DNA of 64,000 bases from Opitutaceae bacterium (GTDB taxonomy: Bacteria; Verrucomicrobiota; Verrucomicrobiia; Opitutales; Coraliomargaritaceae), in contig JBPOFY010000003.1 in the NCBI GenBank assembly GCA_051252375.1, positions 128,001 to 192,000 of the forward strand. The letters are read 5' to 3'. Below the pieces are notes generated by a model. It worked only from the letters and a program-made list of their open reading frames with translations, did no database searches and was not told where the DNA came from. The first letter of the stretch is position 1. Every line of letters begins with the position of its first letter. Shown here in pieces: positions 23,464 to 32,972 of this stretch. The translations under genes were made by a program, and so were the position numbers.

Positions 23464-23497
23464 ACAGGACGAGTCGTCGAGACTCGTCCTGTGCCAT
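23464..23497. repeat. perfect 12-bp hairpin, solo REP-like element or terminator
   Basis: ACAGGACGAGTC-GTCGA-GACTCGTCCTGT followed by GCCAT. Confidence 0.6.
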
Positions 23498-23515
23498 GGC
23501 GTGTTTTTGGATATC

Positions 23516-23971
23516 TTAGTGGCGACCGCGAGAGGCATATTGACTATGCCTGTTGCGATCCGTTCCGGTGGACACCCAGATACGCTTTTCGACATGCGTA
23601 TAGTAGCCCGGTTCCCAGTATTTGATGCGTGAGCCGCAGCGATCATAGCGCACGAGCCAGCAACCGGGGACCCATTCTTTAACGTGAATCGTTTTGTAGT
23701 ATCCACGAGGTTCGGCTCGGTGATGACTACAATTACGGTCACAGCGATGCTGTTTGTGCCCATGTTGATAGCTCGGCGGCGCACAGTGACTACTCGAATA
23801 CGAGCTATGTGAGCTTTGGTGGCTTTTGTGGTTGTTATACACGTTGGAGGCGATGACGCCGCCAACAAATCCGCCGATAGCAGCGATTGCTTCGTCGCCG
23901 GCGGATGCTTTTCCTGTGCTCAATGCGAGGCAAAGGACAGGTATGATCAGTATTTTTATGGTCGTTTTCAT
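23516..23971 (-). CDS. secreted His/Ser-rich hypothetical protein with W.PG.W repeats
   Basis: signal peptide ending ASA, glycine-zipper-like AIGGFVGGVI, His-rich middle, WVPGCW/WEPGYY; start MKTTIK. Confidence 0.75.
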   Translation of the reverse strand: MKTTIKILIIPVLCLALSTGKASAGDEAIAAIGGFVGGVIASNVYNNHKSHQSSHSSYSSSHCAPPSYQHGHKQHRCDRNCSHHRAEPRGYYKTIHVKEWVPGCWLVRYDRCGSRIKYWEPGYYTHVEKRIWVSTGTDRNRHSQYASRGRH

Positions 23972-24000
23972 GATTGGATTTGTTTGATTTCCAATGGTTG

Positions 24001-24026
24001 AACGACTCATTCACCCGTTTTATTCA
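24001..24026 (-). promoter_or_regulatory. putative ECF-sigma promoter
   Basis: minus strand TGAATA-N16-CGTT, ending 30 nt before the ATG at 23971. Confidence 0.45.
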
Positions 24027-24102
24027 TTATTTTTTCATTTTGTTGTGCGGAGAACATGAAAACTAAGTTGCCAGCAGTCTTTAATCTAATAAATTAGATA
24101 TC

Positions 24103-24555
24103 ATGTCCCTCAATAAAGTATCTGTAACTGCCATTACCTCAGAGAAAGCCTCAACGCTCTACACTATACCTGTAAATTCGACCGTGGAGGCTGCTGTCTC
24201 CGAAATGAATCGGCAGAGAATCGGCTCGGTGGTTGTGAAGGATGATCAGCGCTGTGTCGGTATCTTCACTGAACGTGACGTTTTGACCCGTGTCGTTTCA
24301 GGTGGTCGCGATCCGAAAAACACCCCGATTAGTGAGGTCATGACCCGAGATTTTCAGTTTATTTCTACTGATACATCCGTTGAAGATGCCATGCAGATAA
24401 TGACGGATAAGCGCGTTCGTCACCTGCCGATCATGGAGGATGACCGTTTAGTGGGAATGATTTCCATCGGTGACGTCACGCGTTGGCTGTTGAAGGTAAA
24501 TGAACTAGAGGCTGAAAATTTGCGTAGGTATGTCTTCTCTGAGTATCCAGGCTGA
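24103..24555 (+). CDS. CBS-domain pair protein
   Basis: GIFTERD, VMT, RVRHLPI, GMISIGD. Confidence 0.9.
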   Translation: MSLNKVSVTAITSEKASTLYTIPVNSTVEAAVSEMNRQRIGSVVVKDDQRCVGIFTERDVLTRVVSGGRDPKNTPISEVMTRDFQFISTDTSVEDAMQIMTDKRVRHLPIMEDDRLVGMISIGDVTRWLLKVNELEAENLRRYVFSEYPG

Positions 24556-24599
24556 GTTATCTCAGTTGAAAGTGTTACTAGCTGATTGCATAACCATTG

Positions 24600-25385
24600 A
24601 TGAAAACTGTTAAAATTCCAGCCGGACGCCTTGTTTTTGCAAAAGGCGATGATGGCGATGATGCCTATCGGGTTATTGAAGGCACCGTTGAAATTTTCAT
24701 TGGTAATGATAAGAGCAAAGTGGTTTTAGCGCAGCTGCGCCCTGGGGAGGTCTTCGGTGAAATGGGCATGATCGATTGTCGACCACGTTCAGCGTCTGCC
24801 CGTGCCATTGGTGATATTACTTTGGAGGTAATCTCTCGCGATAATTTTAATGATAGCCTACTGGGCAGCGGAACGGATCTGATGCCTTACTTGAGTGCTA
24901 TCTTTGAGCGCTTACGGGTAACCAACGAACGACTCCATGATGCGCTCCTCGAGTTAAAAGGCGATTCCGCTTCGGTGGATGCCGAGCAAATTTTGCAAGA
25001 ACAGGTGGGGCCGAAATTGAGGTTGATGCCGGATTCCGAAGAAATGCGCGGACAGTCGGCACTGCAAGAACGAGAACTCGATGCATTCCCATTCTTAATC
25101 GGACGGCGTGGGGATATTGCTGGAACAGAAGTTGTTATGAAAAATCAGGTCTTGATTGCTGATCGTTTGCCATTTCGTGTTTCGCGTAATCATTGCTATA
25201 TCGAACGGTATCGGGATGGATTTGTTGTGCGTGATCGAAGCAGCCGACGTGGCACATTGGTCAATGGTGTATTGATCGGTTCTAAGTCACGTGAAAAGAG
25301 CCTGCGCTTAAAAGAAGGGGTTAATTCTCTGGTCATTGGCGGTTCAGATAGTGCCTGTCGATTTAAACTAATCGTTTCTAGTTAG
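24600..25385 (+). CDS. cyclic-nucleotide-binding + FHA domain protein
   Basis: cNMP cassette GEVFGEMG...PRSASARA; FHA motifs IGR, VSRNH, GTLVNG. Confidence 0.85.
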   Translation: MKTVKIPAGRLVFAKGDDGDDAYRVIEGTVEIFIGNDKSKVVLAQLRPGEVFGEMGMIDCRPRSASARAIGDITLEVISRDNFNDSLLGSGTDLMPYLSAIFERLRVTNERLHDALLELKGDSASVDAEQILQEQVGPKLRLMPDSEEMRGQSALQERELDAFPFLIGRRGDIAGTEVVMKNQVLIADRLPFRVSRNHCYIERYRDGFVVRDRSSRRGTLVNGVLIGSKSREKSLRLKEGVNSLVIGGSDSACRFKLIVSS

Positions 25386-25430
25386 GTATAATTGCAAAAA
25401 GATGAGTAAAAGTTAAACGGTGGCTTGAAT

Positions 25431-25446
25431 TGGCACGAACTTCGCT
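25431..25446 (+). promoter_or_regulatory. putative sigma54 (-24/-12) promoter
   Basis: TGGCACGAACTTCGCT has GG-N10-GC spacing with canonical TGGCACG. Confidence 0.55.
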
Positions 25447-25458
25447 ATAATTTGACGG

Positions 25459-25995
25459 ATGTTAAGACGTCAAAGGCACAGATCTAGGAAAGGTCCGTTT
25501 CATCGATTACTTCGAATTTTATTCAATGATGACGGGTCCTCGTCTAAATTGGAGATTCAAGGAGGCCGTGGGGCTCCCATACCTGAATCCATTGCTACGC
25601 CAGATGTGCTTAATGAACTGGTTAAAGTTGGAATTGAGCCGGATTCACCCGAGGCAAAGAGGCAAAGTCTACTAAAAGCGCGCTATATTGACAAGCAAGT
25701 CTATCGGATTGGTCGATGGGATAAGAATGCCGATCATGGAAGCGGGCCTCAGATGGACTTTTTGATACGTCAACCAGAGCCATATAGCATCTCACGCAGT
25801 CAATGTGCGATTGAATTGACCAAAGATCATATAATGTTCCACGACTTGGGGGGACGTTATGGGACGGTTGTGGATGGCGCACGAGTAGGTGGGCGACCAA
25901 ACACGCCTACATCTGTGCGGCTTGAGAAGGGTGAGCATACCCTAGTTTTTGGGCCGCGTAACAGCATTCTACGCTTTAAGTTGATTGTGCAGTAA
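25459..25995 (+). CDS. FHA domain protein
   Basis: IGR...ISRSQC...DLGGRYGTVVDG; resembles the C-domain of the upstream gene. Confidence 0.8.
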   Translation: MLRRQRHRSRKGPFHRLLRILFNDDGSSSKLEIQGGRGAPIPESIATPDVLNELVKVGIEPDSPEAKRQSLLKARYIDKQVYRIGRWDKNADHGSGPQMDFLIRQPEPYSISRSQCAIELTKDHIMFHDLGGRYGTVVDGARVGGRPNTPTSVRLEKGEHTLVFGPRNSILRFKLIVQ

Positions 25996-26125
25996 GCGTA
26001 GGTGTTTGTTTCAGAATTTTAGTCCCAGTCGTTGGTAGACTCCGCAATCAGCTTGACTCCAATACGGCCCTTCGTGGACACTTTGGGCTTTATTCCCATT
26101 TAACCCAAAAGAGAGAATTATTGTT

Positions 26126-26434
26126 ATGGCAGGAGTCGGTAAATTACTCAAACAAGCGCAGAAAATGCAGAAGCAGATGGAAGCCATTCAGGCACAACTT
26201 GCGGAGCAAGTGCTTGAAGTTTCCAGTGGCGGAGGCGCCGTGCAAATCAAGATCAACGGACAAGGTGACTTTCAGTCCTTTAAGTTGGACCCTGAATTCC
26301 TGAAAGAAGACGCCGATTTTGTTGAAGAAACATTGCTTGCAGCTGTGCAAGAAGCCGCAGCCAAAGCCAAAGAAACCAGTGAAGAAGCGATGGGGGCTGT
26401 TTCTGGTGGCATGGGTGGATTCCCCGGGTTTTAA
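26126..26434 (+). CDS. ybaB: YbaB/EbfC nucleoid-associated protein
   Basis: KQAQKMQ, SGGGAV.I.ING; directly upstream of recR. Confidence 0.93.
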   Translation: MAGVGKLLKQAQKMQKQMEAIQAQLAEQVLEVSSGGGAVQIKINGQGDFQSFKLDPEFLKEDADFVEETLLAAVQEAAAKAKETSEEAMGAVSGGMGGFPGF

Positions 26435-26443
26435 TCTAAGTTT

Positions 26444-27040
26444 GTGACGCCGGCCTACGAAAAACTCCTTCAGGAGCTCAAGCAATTACCCGGTCTCGGC
26501 TATCGTTCAGCCGAGCGTATCGCGATGCATCTATTGGTCGAAAAGACCGATTCGATGGAGGCGTTGATACAGACGCTTGAGCAAGCAAAGGAAGTGGTCG
26601 GGCGCTGTCAGCATTGTGGCAACATGGCCGAAGGCGAGTTCTGCGCTGTCTGTGCAGATACACGCCGTGATAATAGCAAGGTCTGCGTGGTCGAGCATGT
26701 GCCCGACCTCATTGCGATTGAGCGATCGTCCGCATGGAAGGGGCAATACCATGTGCTCCACGGTAAACTTTCACCCATCCACGGTGTTGGACCAGAGCAA
26801 CTCAATTTCAACAGCCTCAGTAAGCGGCTCGAAACCGACGAGATCCAAGAGTTTGTCCTCGCGCTTTCCAACGACATCGAAGGGCAGGCGACTTGCCACT
26901 ATATTCAAGAAGAGATCATCGGTTCGCGTCCGATTAAAATCACGCGCATCGGCTTCGGTCTCCCTAGTGGAGGTGGCGTGACTTATGCCGATTCCGTTAC
27001 CCTTCGCAGCGCCCTAGAAGGTCGCCGCGATTACGAGTAG
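26444..27040 (+). CDS. recR: recombination mediator RecR
   Basis: LPGLG.RSAER, C4 zinc finger, YHVLHG.LSP, TOPRIM, GLP.GG. Confidence 0.96.
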   Translation: MTPAYEKLLQELKQLPGLGYRSAERIAMHLLVEKTDSMEALIQTLEQAKEVVGRCQHCGNMAEGEFCAVCADTRRDNSKVCVVEHVPDLIAIERSSAWKGQYHVLHGKLSPIHGVGPEQLNFNSLSKRLETDEIQEFVLALSNDIEGQATCHYIQEEIIGSRPIKITRIGFGLPSGGGVTYADSVTLRSALEGRRDYE

Positions 27041-27101
27041 TTGCAATATTGACGAGCATACATCATTAGTCATTAGCTATTAAGCTTTAATGATTTATAA
27101 C

Positions 27102-27176
27102 GCGGGTGTCGTATAACGGCTATTATGTGACCTTCCCAAGGTTGAGACGAGGGTTCGACTCCCTCCACCCGCACCA
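27102..27176 (+). tRNA. tRNA-Gly (CCC)
   Basis: GCGGGTG acceptor, anticodon arm TGACC-TTCCCAA-GGTTG, GAGGG-TTCGACT-CCCTC, CACCCGC-A-CCA. Confidence 0.95.
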
Positions 27177-27212
27177 TGCTTCGCTCTGCGAGCTACGCAT
27201 GGCGCAGCCAAA

Positions 27213-30200
27213 TTATTTTTTCCAGAGGCGAATCGTGCCTTCACGAATGTCTTCCAGGATCGTGTAGAAGGCGGGCACTAGAATCAGGGTGATGAAGGTT
27301 GCGAAGAGGACGCCGAAGCTGAGGGAGATCGCCATGGGAATGAGGAACTGTGCTTGGAGGCTCTTTTCAAATAATACCGGCAGCAGACCTGCGAAGGTGG
27401 TGAGCGATGTTAGAATGATTGGGCGAAAGCGTAGGGCACCGGACTTTTCGATGGCTTCTCTGAGTGGTGTGCCTTCGGCGCGTTCTTGGTTGATGAAATC
27501 GACGAGCACTAAGCTGTCGTTGACCACCACACCGGCGAGGGCAACGAAACCTAGCACAGATAGAATACTCATGGGTTGCCCCATGATCATGTGTCCTCCA
27601 ATCGCGCCGATCAGGCCAAACGGTATGACGACCATGACGATCGCAGGCTGTATGTAGGATTTCAGCGGGACTGCGAGTAGGGCGTAGATGATAAAGAGGG
27701 CAATGAAGGTCATCTTTTGCAGGCTGGCAAAAATGTCGGCCTGCTCGCGGGCTTCGCCTTCGAATGACCAAGAGACGCCTGGGTATTCGGCGACAATTTC
27801 ATCTAGGAAACTGACCGTGGGATCGGACTCTTTCCAAAACATGAGTTTATCTTTGAAGTTGAACTGAGACTTTCCGCTGAGTGAGGCTTTGATTAGCCCG
27901 AGGTCGGCTATGCTCTTGTCGGCGTCGGCGATGATGTTGAGCACGCGTCGGCGATCGATCCGGGTGATTTTTGAAAAGCCTTCTGTGATTTCGAAATCGG
28001 CCACGGCGTCGAAGGGCACTTCTGTGCCGTCGGGTGTGCGTATGCGAAGATCTTCAAGGTTTTCGACTGAGCGTCGTTCATCGAGTGGATAGCGGACCAT
28101 GACTTTGATGTCATCGCGTCCTCGCTGGATGCGTTGTGCTTCGACCCCGTAGAAGGCGGCGCGGACTTGTCGACCGAGGTCGGCTTGACGGAGTCCGAGT
28201 GGTTCGGCGGTGGTGTGGAGGTCGAGCTGTATCTCGCGTTTGCCACTGCTGTAGTTGTCTTTGATGTCAAAGAGTCCCTCGTAGGTCGCGAGCTTCGCTT
28301 TAATCGCTTCAGAGGCTGCTTGTAGAGCTTTGAAGTCACGACCGGTGAGTTGTATGTCGATCGGCATGCCGGCAGCACCTGCGGCGTTTGCATTGAAGGC
28401 GACTTCCTTGGCACCGGGGATTGGACCGATGAGCTCACGCCAGCGGTTGGCTAAGTTCGGGGCAGAGAGTGCTTCGATGTCGCCACCGCCGGGCAGGTCT
28501 TCTCGTTTGACCAGTTCTACGGCGATTTCGGCGAGGTTGGTGTCGCCCTTGCTAAATGCTTCGCCCATCGGACCGCCACTGCCTTCGAAGGGTTGGCCAC
28601 CGATGGTGATGACGGCATTGTCAAACGGTTCGCCAAAGCCTTTGTCCTTGGTTTCCTGAATGAGCTCGTTGAGGCCGCGTTCCATTTGTTGAATGGCTCG
28701 TGTTGTGAGCTCAATCGGTGTGCCTTCGGGCATGACTAATTTCGCCACGATGTAGTCCGAAGGGACCGGTGGAAAGAAGACGAAAGGCAGGTGCTTGCCC
28801 ACTAGCATGCCAATCATGATGATGAGCAAGCCGATGAATGACGCGGCGGTGGCGTAGCGGAAGCGAATAGCTCGATTCAGAAACGGGCGATAGGTGGATT
28901 CGATAAAGCGCTCTAAGCCATCGGCAATTTTGCGTTGTTGGCGTCGCAGCCATCCCAGGTTTTCACGGTCCCCTCCACCGACTCTGCAAAGTGTGAGGTG
29001 GTAGGGTAGCACGAGCTTTGATTCGATCAGTGACCAGATCAATGTGGCGATGACGACTACAGGAATGGGGAAGAAAAATTTACCGAGGAATCCGGGAATG
29101 GTGAGAATCGGTAGAAAGGCGACGATCGTTGTGAGCACTGCGAAGGTGACCGGTATGGAAACTTTTTTCGTGCCCGCTACAGACGCAGCGACGCCGGGTC
29201 CGCCATGTTTTTGAAACTGGGTGAAGACGCTTTCGCCGACGATGATGGCATCGTCCACCACAATCCCGAGCACGAGTATAAAACCAAACAGGGAGGCCAG
29301 GTTGATGCTGATGCCGAGCGCAGGCAGGAAGAGCATCGATCCGAGGAACGAGATCGGAATGCCCAGCATAACGAAGAAAGCCAGCGATGGTCGTAGGAAG
29401 AGTGTCAGTACAAGGAAGACGAGGATCAGACCGAAGATGCCATTCTCGATCAACATTTGCAGACGGCCTTTCAGGTAGTAGGTGAAGTCACGGAAGGCTT
29501 CGACTTCGATGCCATTGGGCAGCTGGTCATCAATGGTTTTGGCAAATGCCTGCACTTGGGCGGAAACATCTAGCGCGCTTTGATCGCCTACCGCAAAGAT
29601 GCGCAGCAAAACCGCGCGCTTGCCGTTGAACTCAGTGACCAGTGGGTCGTCGACAAAGCCATCATCCACCGTCGCGACATCGCGCACATACACCGCGGAT
29701 CCGTCGGGAAGTGTGATGACAGGGATATCGCCGAAGGCTGCACCTTCGTAGGCTTTGCCTGTGGTGCGCAGCAGAATCTCGCCGCCACGTGATTTGATAC
29801 TGCCGCCGGGAATGTCAATGGAAGTGCTGCGAATGGCTTGAACGACGTGGTCGAAGGTGAGCCCGTATTGGCGTAGGGATAATTCGGATACGTTGATCGA
29901 GATCTCAAATTCGGCTATACCCTTGATGTCTACTTGAGTGATGCCTTCCTTGTTGCTGAGCTCGTCGCGAATGAATTCGGCGATATCCTTGAGCGTCTTA
30001 GGATCGGTGTCTCCAAAGATGGCTAGCGAAATGACTTCGTTGCGAATGAGCAGTTCTTCGACAGTTGGTTCTTCGGCTTCTTCGGGGAAGTTGTCGATGG
30101 CGTCGACCCGCACTTTGATTTTATCGGCAATCTCGGTCGCGTCGTAGCCACGCTCGACTTCAATAGCGAGTGAGCCGTAACCCTCCGCAGCAGTGGCAGT

Positions 30201-30434
30201 GACTTTCTTAATGCCTTCTACATCCTGTATACGGTCTTCTATGAGTTCGATGATGCCACTCTCGACTTCTTCAGGAGCCGCGCCGGGATAGGGCACTGCC
30301 ACGCTGACGATATCGAGGTCGAGCTCGGGGAAGAGCTCTAACTTAATGGAACTCGCAGCAAAGAGACCCGCGACGATGACGATCCCCGCGAGTAGGTTGG
30401 CGGCGACGCCGTTTTCTGTGAACCAGCGAATCAT
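27213..30434 (-). CDS. RND efflux permease (AcrB/AcrD/AcrF family)
   Basis: 1073 aa with 12-TM topology; GIVVDDAIIVGE; RFRPIILTSLTT. Confidence 0.95.
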   Translation of the reverse strand: MIRWFTENGVAANLLAGIVIVAGLFAASSIKLELFPELDLDIVSVAVPYPGAAPEEVESGIIELIEDRIQDVEGIKKVTATAAEGYGSLAIEVERGYDATEIADKIKVRVDAIDNFPEEAEEPTVEELLIRNEVISLAIFGDTDPKTLKDIAEFIRDELSNKEGITQVDIKGIAEFEISINVSELSLRQYGLTFDHVVQAIRSTSIDIPGGSIKSRGGEILLRTTGKAYEGAAFGDIPVITLPDGSAVYVRDVATVDDGFVDDPLVTEFNGKRAVLLRIFAVGDQSALDVSAQVQAFAKTIDDQLPNGIEVEAFRDFTYYLKGRLQMLIENGIFGLILVFLVLTLFLRPSLAFFVMLGIPISFLGSMLFLPALGISINLASLFGFILVLGIVVDDAIIVGESVFTQFQKHGGPGVAASVAGTKKVSIPVTFAVLTTIVAFLPILTIPGFLGKFFFPIPVVVIATLIWSLIESKLVLPYHLTLCRVGGGDRENLGWLRRQQRKIADGLERFIESTYRPFLNRAIRFRYATAASFIGLLIIMIGMLVGKHLPFVFFPPVPSDYIVAKLVMPEGTPIELTTRAIQQMERGLNELIQETKDKGFGEPFDNAVITIGGQPFEGSGGPMGEAFSKGDTNLAEIAVELVKREDLPGGGDIEALSAPNLANRWRELIGPIPGAKEVAFNANAAGAAGMPIDIQLTGRDFKALQAASEAIKAKLATYEGLFDIKDNYSSGKREIQLDLHTTAEPLGLRQADLGRQVRAAFYGVEAQRIQRGRDDIKVMVRYPLDERRSVENLEDLRIRTPDGTEVPFDAVADFEITEGFSKITRIDRRRVLNIIADADKSIADLGLIKASLSGKSQFNFKDKLMFWKESDPTVSFLDEIVAEYPGVSWSFEGEAREQADIFASLQKMTFIALFIIYALLAVPLKSYIQPAIVMVVIPFGLIGAIGGHMIMGQPMSILSVLGFVALAGVVVNDSLVLVDFINQERAEGTPLREAIEKSGALRFRPIILTSLTTFAGLLPVLFEKSLQAQFLIPMAISLSFGVLFATFITLILVPAFYTILEDIREGTIRLWKK

Positions 30435-31570
30435 TGGGTGTTTTCTTGATCGATGATTTCGACGGGCATGCCTTCGATGTAGTATGCGATCGGACTGGTG
30501 GCGACGCGGTCACCAGGTTCGAGTCCGCTGTCGATGATGACTTGCTTGGCGTCGCTTTTGACAATGCCGATTGTTCGGGTTTGCAGTGTGTTTTCACTGG
30601 TGAGGACGTAAACTGTATCGGATCCGCGCAAAGCGTATCGGGGCAATGAATACACATTCTGGATTGAGCGGCCTTCGATCTCGGCGCTGAGAAAGGTGCC
30701 TCGACGCAGGATGTGGTCGTTTACAGTCGTATTGAAAGGAGACTGGATTCTAGCAACTGCATAGAGCAGTCGACTGCTTGGGTTAATGTTGTCCTCGATG
30801 CGAACCAGAGGCGCTATCCAGTTTACATCAACATCGTTGTTCTTCTGTGTTAAGGTCACGGAAGACGGCTCTTCACTGTCTCTGTCTAAAAAGGATGCTT
30901 CTTGCTCGGTAATTGGTAGGCGCACTTCAGCGCTTTGAGTTGCGTAGATGCGGGCGAGTGGGTTGCTGGGATTGGTGATGACGAATTGACCGAGATCGAC
31001 GTTCTTGTTGAGCACGATGCCGTTGTAAGGGGCGATGATCTGTGTGCGCTCGATGTCGCGGCGTGCTTTGTTCAGTGCCGCTTGAGCGCTTTTGACCATT
31101 GCCATGGCTTGCTTAAGTTGCGGCTTGCGGAGTGTGAGGTCGCTGGCTTCACCTGTGCCGAGTGCGAGCCAGTCTGCTTCGGCTTGCTGGGCGAGTGCTT
31201 GTTCTTGGGCGAGTTTTAACTCTGCGTTTGCCAGATCTGCTTCTCTGGTAGCGGCAGCGGCTTCATAGTCGGTGGGATCAATTTTGATTAAAACATCGTT
31301 CTTTTTGAAATGGTTGCCTGCGCGAAAGTTGTCGGCGACTTCGATGACGCGACCGCTGACCTCTGAGATGAGATCGGTTTCTACTGTCGGCAAGAGGGTG
31401 CCTTGGCTCATGATTGTGAGTTGAACGGTCGTCGGCTGGACTTCGATGATTTCAACACTGGTGATGGGGCGAATCGGCGCGATTTCATTGGGCTCGGGTT
31501 TGAGCATGATTTGAAAGGCAGCGATGATGCCGGCGCAGAGCAGGATGAGTATGGGGAGGAGCGTTTTCAT
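30431..31570 (-). CDS. RND periplasmic adaptor (membrane fusion protein)
   Basis: EVSGRV, helical hairpin, IIAPYNG, GLEPGD; overlaps the permease gene. Confidence 0.93.
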   Translation of the reverse strand: MKTLLPILILLCAGIIAAFQIMLKPEPNEIAPIRPITSVEIIEVQPTTVQLTIMSQGTLLPTVETDLISEVSGRVIEVADNFRAGNHFKKNDVLIKIDPTDYEAAAATREADLANAELKLAQEQALAQQAEADWLALGTGEASDLTLRKPQLKQAMAMVKSAQAALNKARRDIERTQIIAPYNGIVLNKNVDLGQFVITNPSNPLARIYATQSAEVRLPITEQEASFLDRDSEEPSSVTLTQKNNDVDVNWIAPLVRIEDNINPSSRLLYAVARIQSPFNTTVNDHILRRGTFLSAEIEGRSIQNVYSLPRYALRGSDTVYVLTSENTLQTRTIGIVKSDAKQVIIDSGLEPGDRVATSPIAYYIEGMPVEIIDQENTQ

Positions 31571-32961
31571 GATGCGTTTTCAAATGGACCACCGAGTGCG
31601 AGATAGAGATCGATGCGGTTTTGCAGGAGGAGGTTGCGCAAGGCGATGAGGCGGCTGCGCGCGCTGGCAGCGGAGCGCTGACTGTTGAGGACGTTTACAA
31701 AATCGGCAGTGCCTTCGCGATAGCGTTGCCATGCGAGTGCTTCCGCCTCGGCAGCTTCTTGTTCGGCTATGAGAAGTTGTCGTTGCTGGTCTTGAAGAAA
31801 GCGTTCGGCGGCGAGTGTTGTTTCGACTTCGAGAAATGCTTGCAGGGCAGTGGAGCGATATTGGGCAATGCTTTGTTCGAGTATGGCTTGGCTGCGGTCG
31901 ATGTTGGCATTGATGCGACCACCTTGGAAGATGGGTTGCGTGAGATTGGTGCCCAGTTTCCAGGCGGAGAAATCACTATCCAGTAGGTTATTGAATTCTT
32001 GAGAGGAGGTGCCGGCTGAGGTAGTTAGGCTGATTTTAGGAAGCCGATCTTTGCGGGATGCATTGAGTTCTTTTTCGGCGGCGGCGAGACGTCGTTCAGC
32101 AGCAATAAGATCGGGTCGGCGGCTGAGTAAATCTGCCGGGAGCCCTGCGGGAATGTTTTTGGGCAGCGGGGGAAGGGTGCTTTTTGTGATCAGTTCCGAT
32201 TTCGGATAGCGGCCAATCAGGACTTCCAGGCTGCGGGTGGCTTGATCTAGTGCTCGGCGCCGAGTGGTGATATCTGCATCGGTAAAGGCTGTTTGCGTGC
32301 GCATTTGTCGCAGTTCTAAGCCTTCGCTGAGCCCGCGCTTGAAGCGTTGTTCGATGGTCTGGAGGTTGGCTTGGTCGGCTTCAGCGGTCTTCTGCGAGAG
32401 GTATAGCTGTTCTTGCGCCTCAATGTAGTTGAACCAGCTCTTGGCGACGTTGGCGGCAAGTGAGAGGCGTGCGCCGCGTAGTTCAGCTTCGCTGGCTTCT
32501 ACCTGTGCGAGTGCTGCGGAGGAACGGTCTCGGAGTTGTCCCCATAAATCGAGTTCCCAGCTCAAGTTGAGTGCTAGGTCGTAGTTATCAAAGCGAACGC
32601 CACCCGTGTTACTTGGACCGAAGGTGCTGATTTTTTGACGTGTGCCATTGAGCCCGAGACCAGCACTGGGCAATTGATCGGCACCAGCGATACGCGCTTC
32701 AGCGATCGATTGATCAAACTGGGCGGCTGTGCGTTGTAAATTGGGATTGTTGGCCAGTGCTTCCTCAATCAGCACTTCTAGGTCAGGACTGTTTAGGTCT
32801 TTGAGCCAAGCCTCAGGAGCACCTTCAATCGTGCTCGCCGCGTTCCATGTGCTGGGGAGCTCGATTTGCGGATCAATGGATTGCTGCGGAGAGGTCGCAC
32901 ATCCGGCGAATGTGATACTGGCTGCGATGCAGAGACCTTGAAACTGTCGTTGAGGTGTCAC
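31567..32961 (-). CDS. outer-membrane efflux lipoprotein (NodT/TolC family)
   Basis: lipobox FAGC, SWELDLWG, LLSRRPD, LYLALGG. Confidence 0.93.
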   Translation of the reverse strand: MTPQRQFQGLCIAASITFAGCATSPQQSIDPQIELPSTWNAASTIEGAPEAWLKDLNSPDLEVLIEEALANNPNLQRTAAQFDQSIAEARIAGADQLPSAGLGLNGTRQKISTFGPSNTGGVRFDNYDLALNLSWELDLWGQLRDRSSAALAQVEASEAELRGARLSLAANVAKSWFNYIEAQEQLYLSQKTAEADQANLQTIEQRFKRGLSEGLELRQMRTQTAFTDADITTRRRALDQATRSLEVLIGRYPKSELITKSTLPPLPKNIPAGLPADLLSRRPDLIAAERRLAAAEKELNASRKDRLPKISLTTSAGTSSQEFNNLLDSDFSAWKLGTNLTQPIFQGGRINANIDRSQAILEQSIAQYRSTALQAFLEVETTLAAERFLQDQQRQLLIAEQEAAEAEALAWQRYREGTADFVNVLNSQRSAASARSRLIALRNLLLQNRIDLYLALGGPFENAS

Positions 32962-32972
32962 TTGGTATTGTT

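Noticed and set aside
25996..26125. SRP RNA (ffs) upstream of ybaB-recR
   Set aside because: No CAGG-N-GGAA-N-AGCAG domain IV motif; only a promoter-like TTGACT
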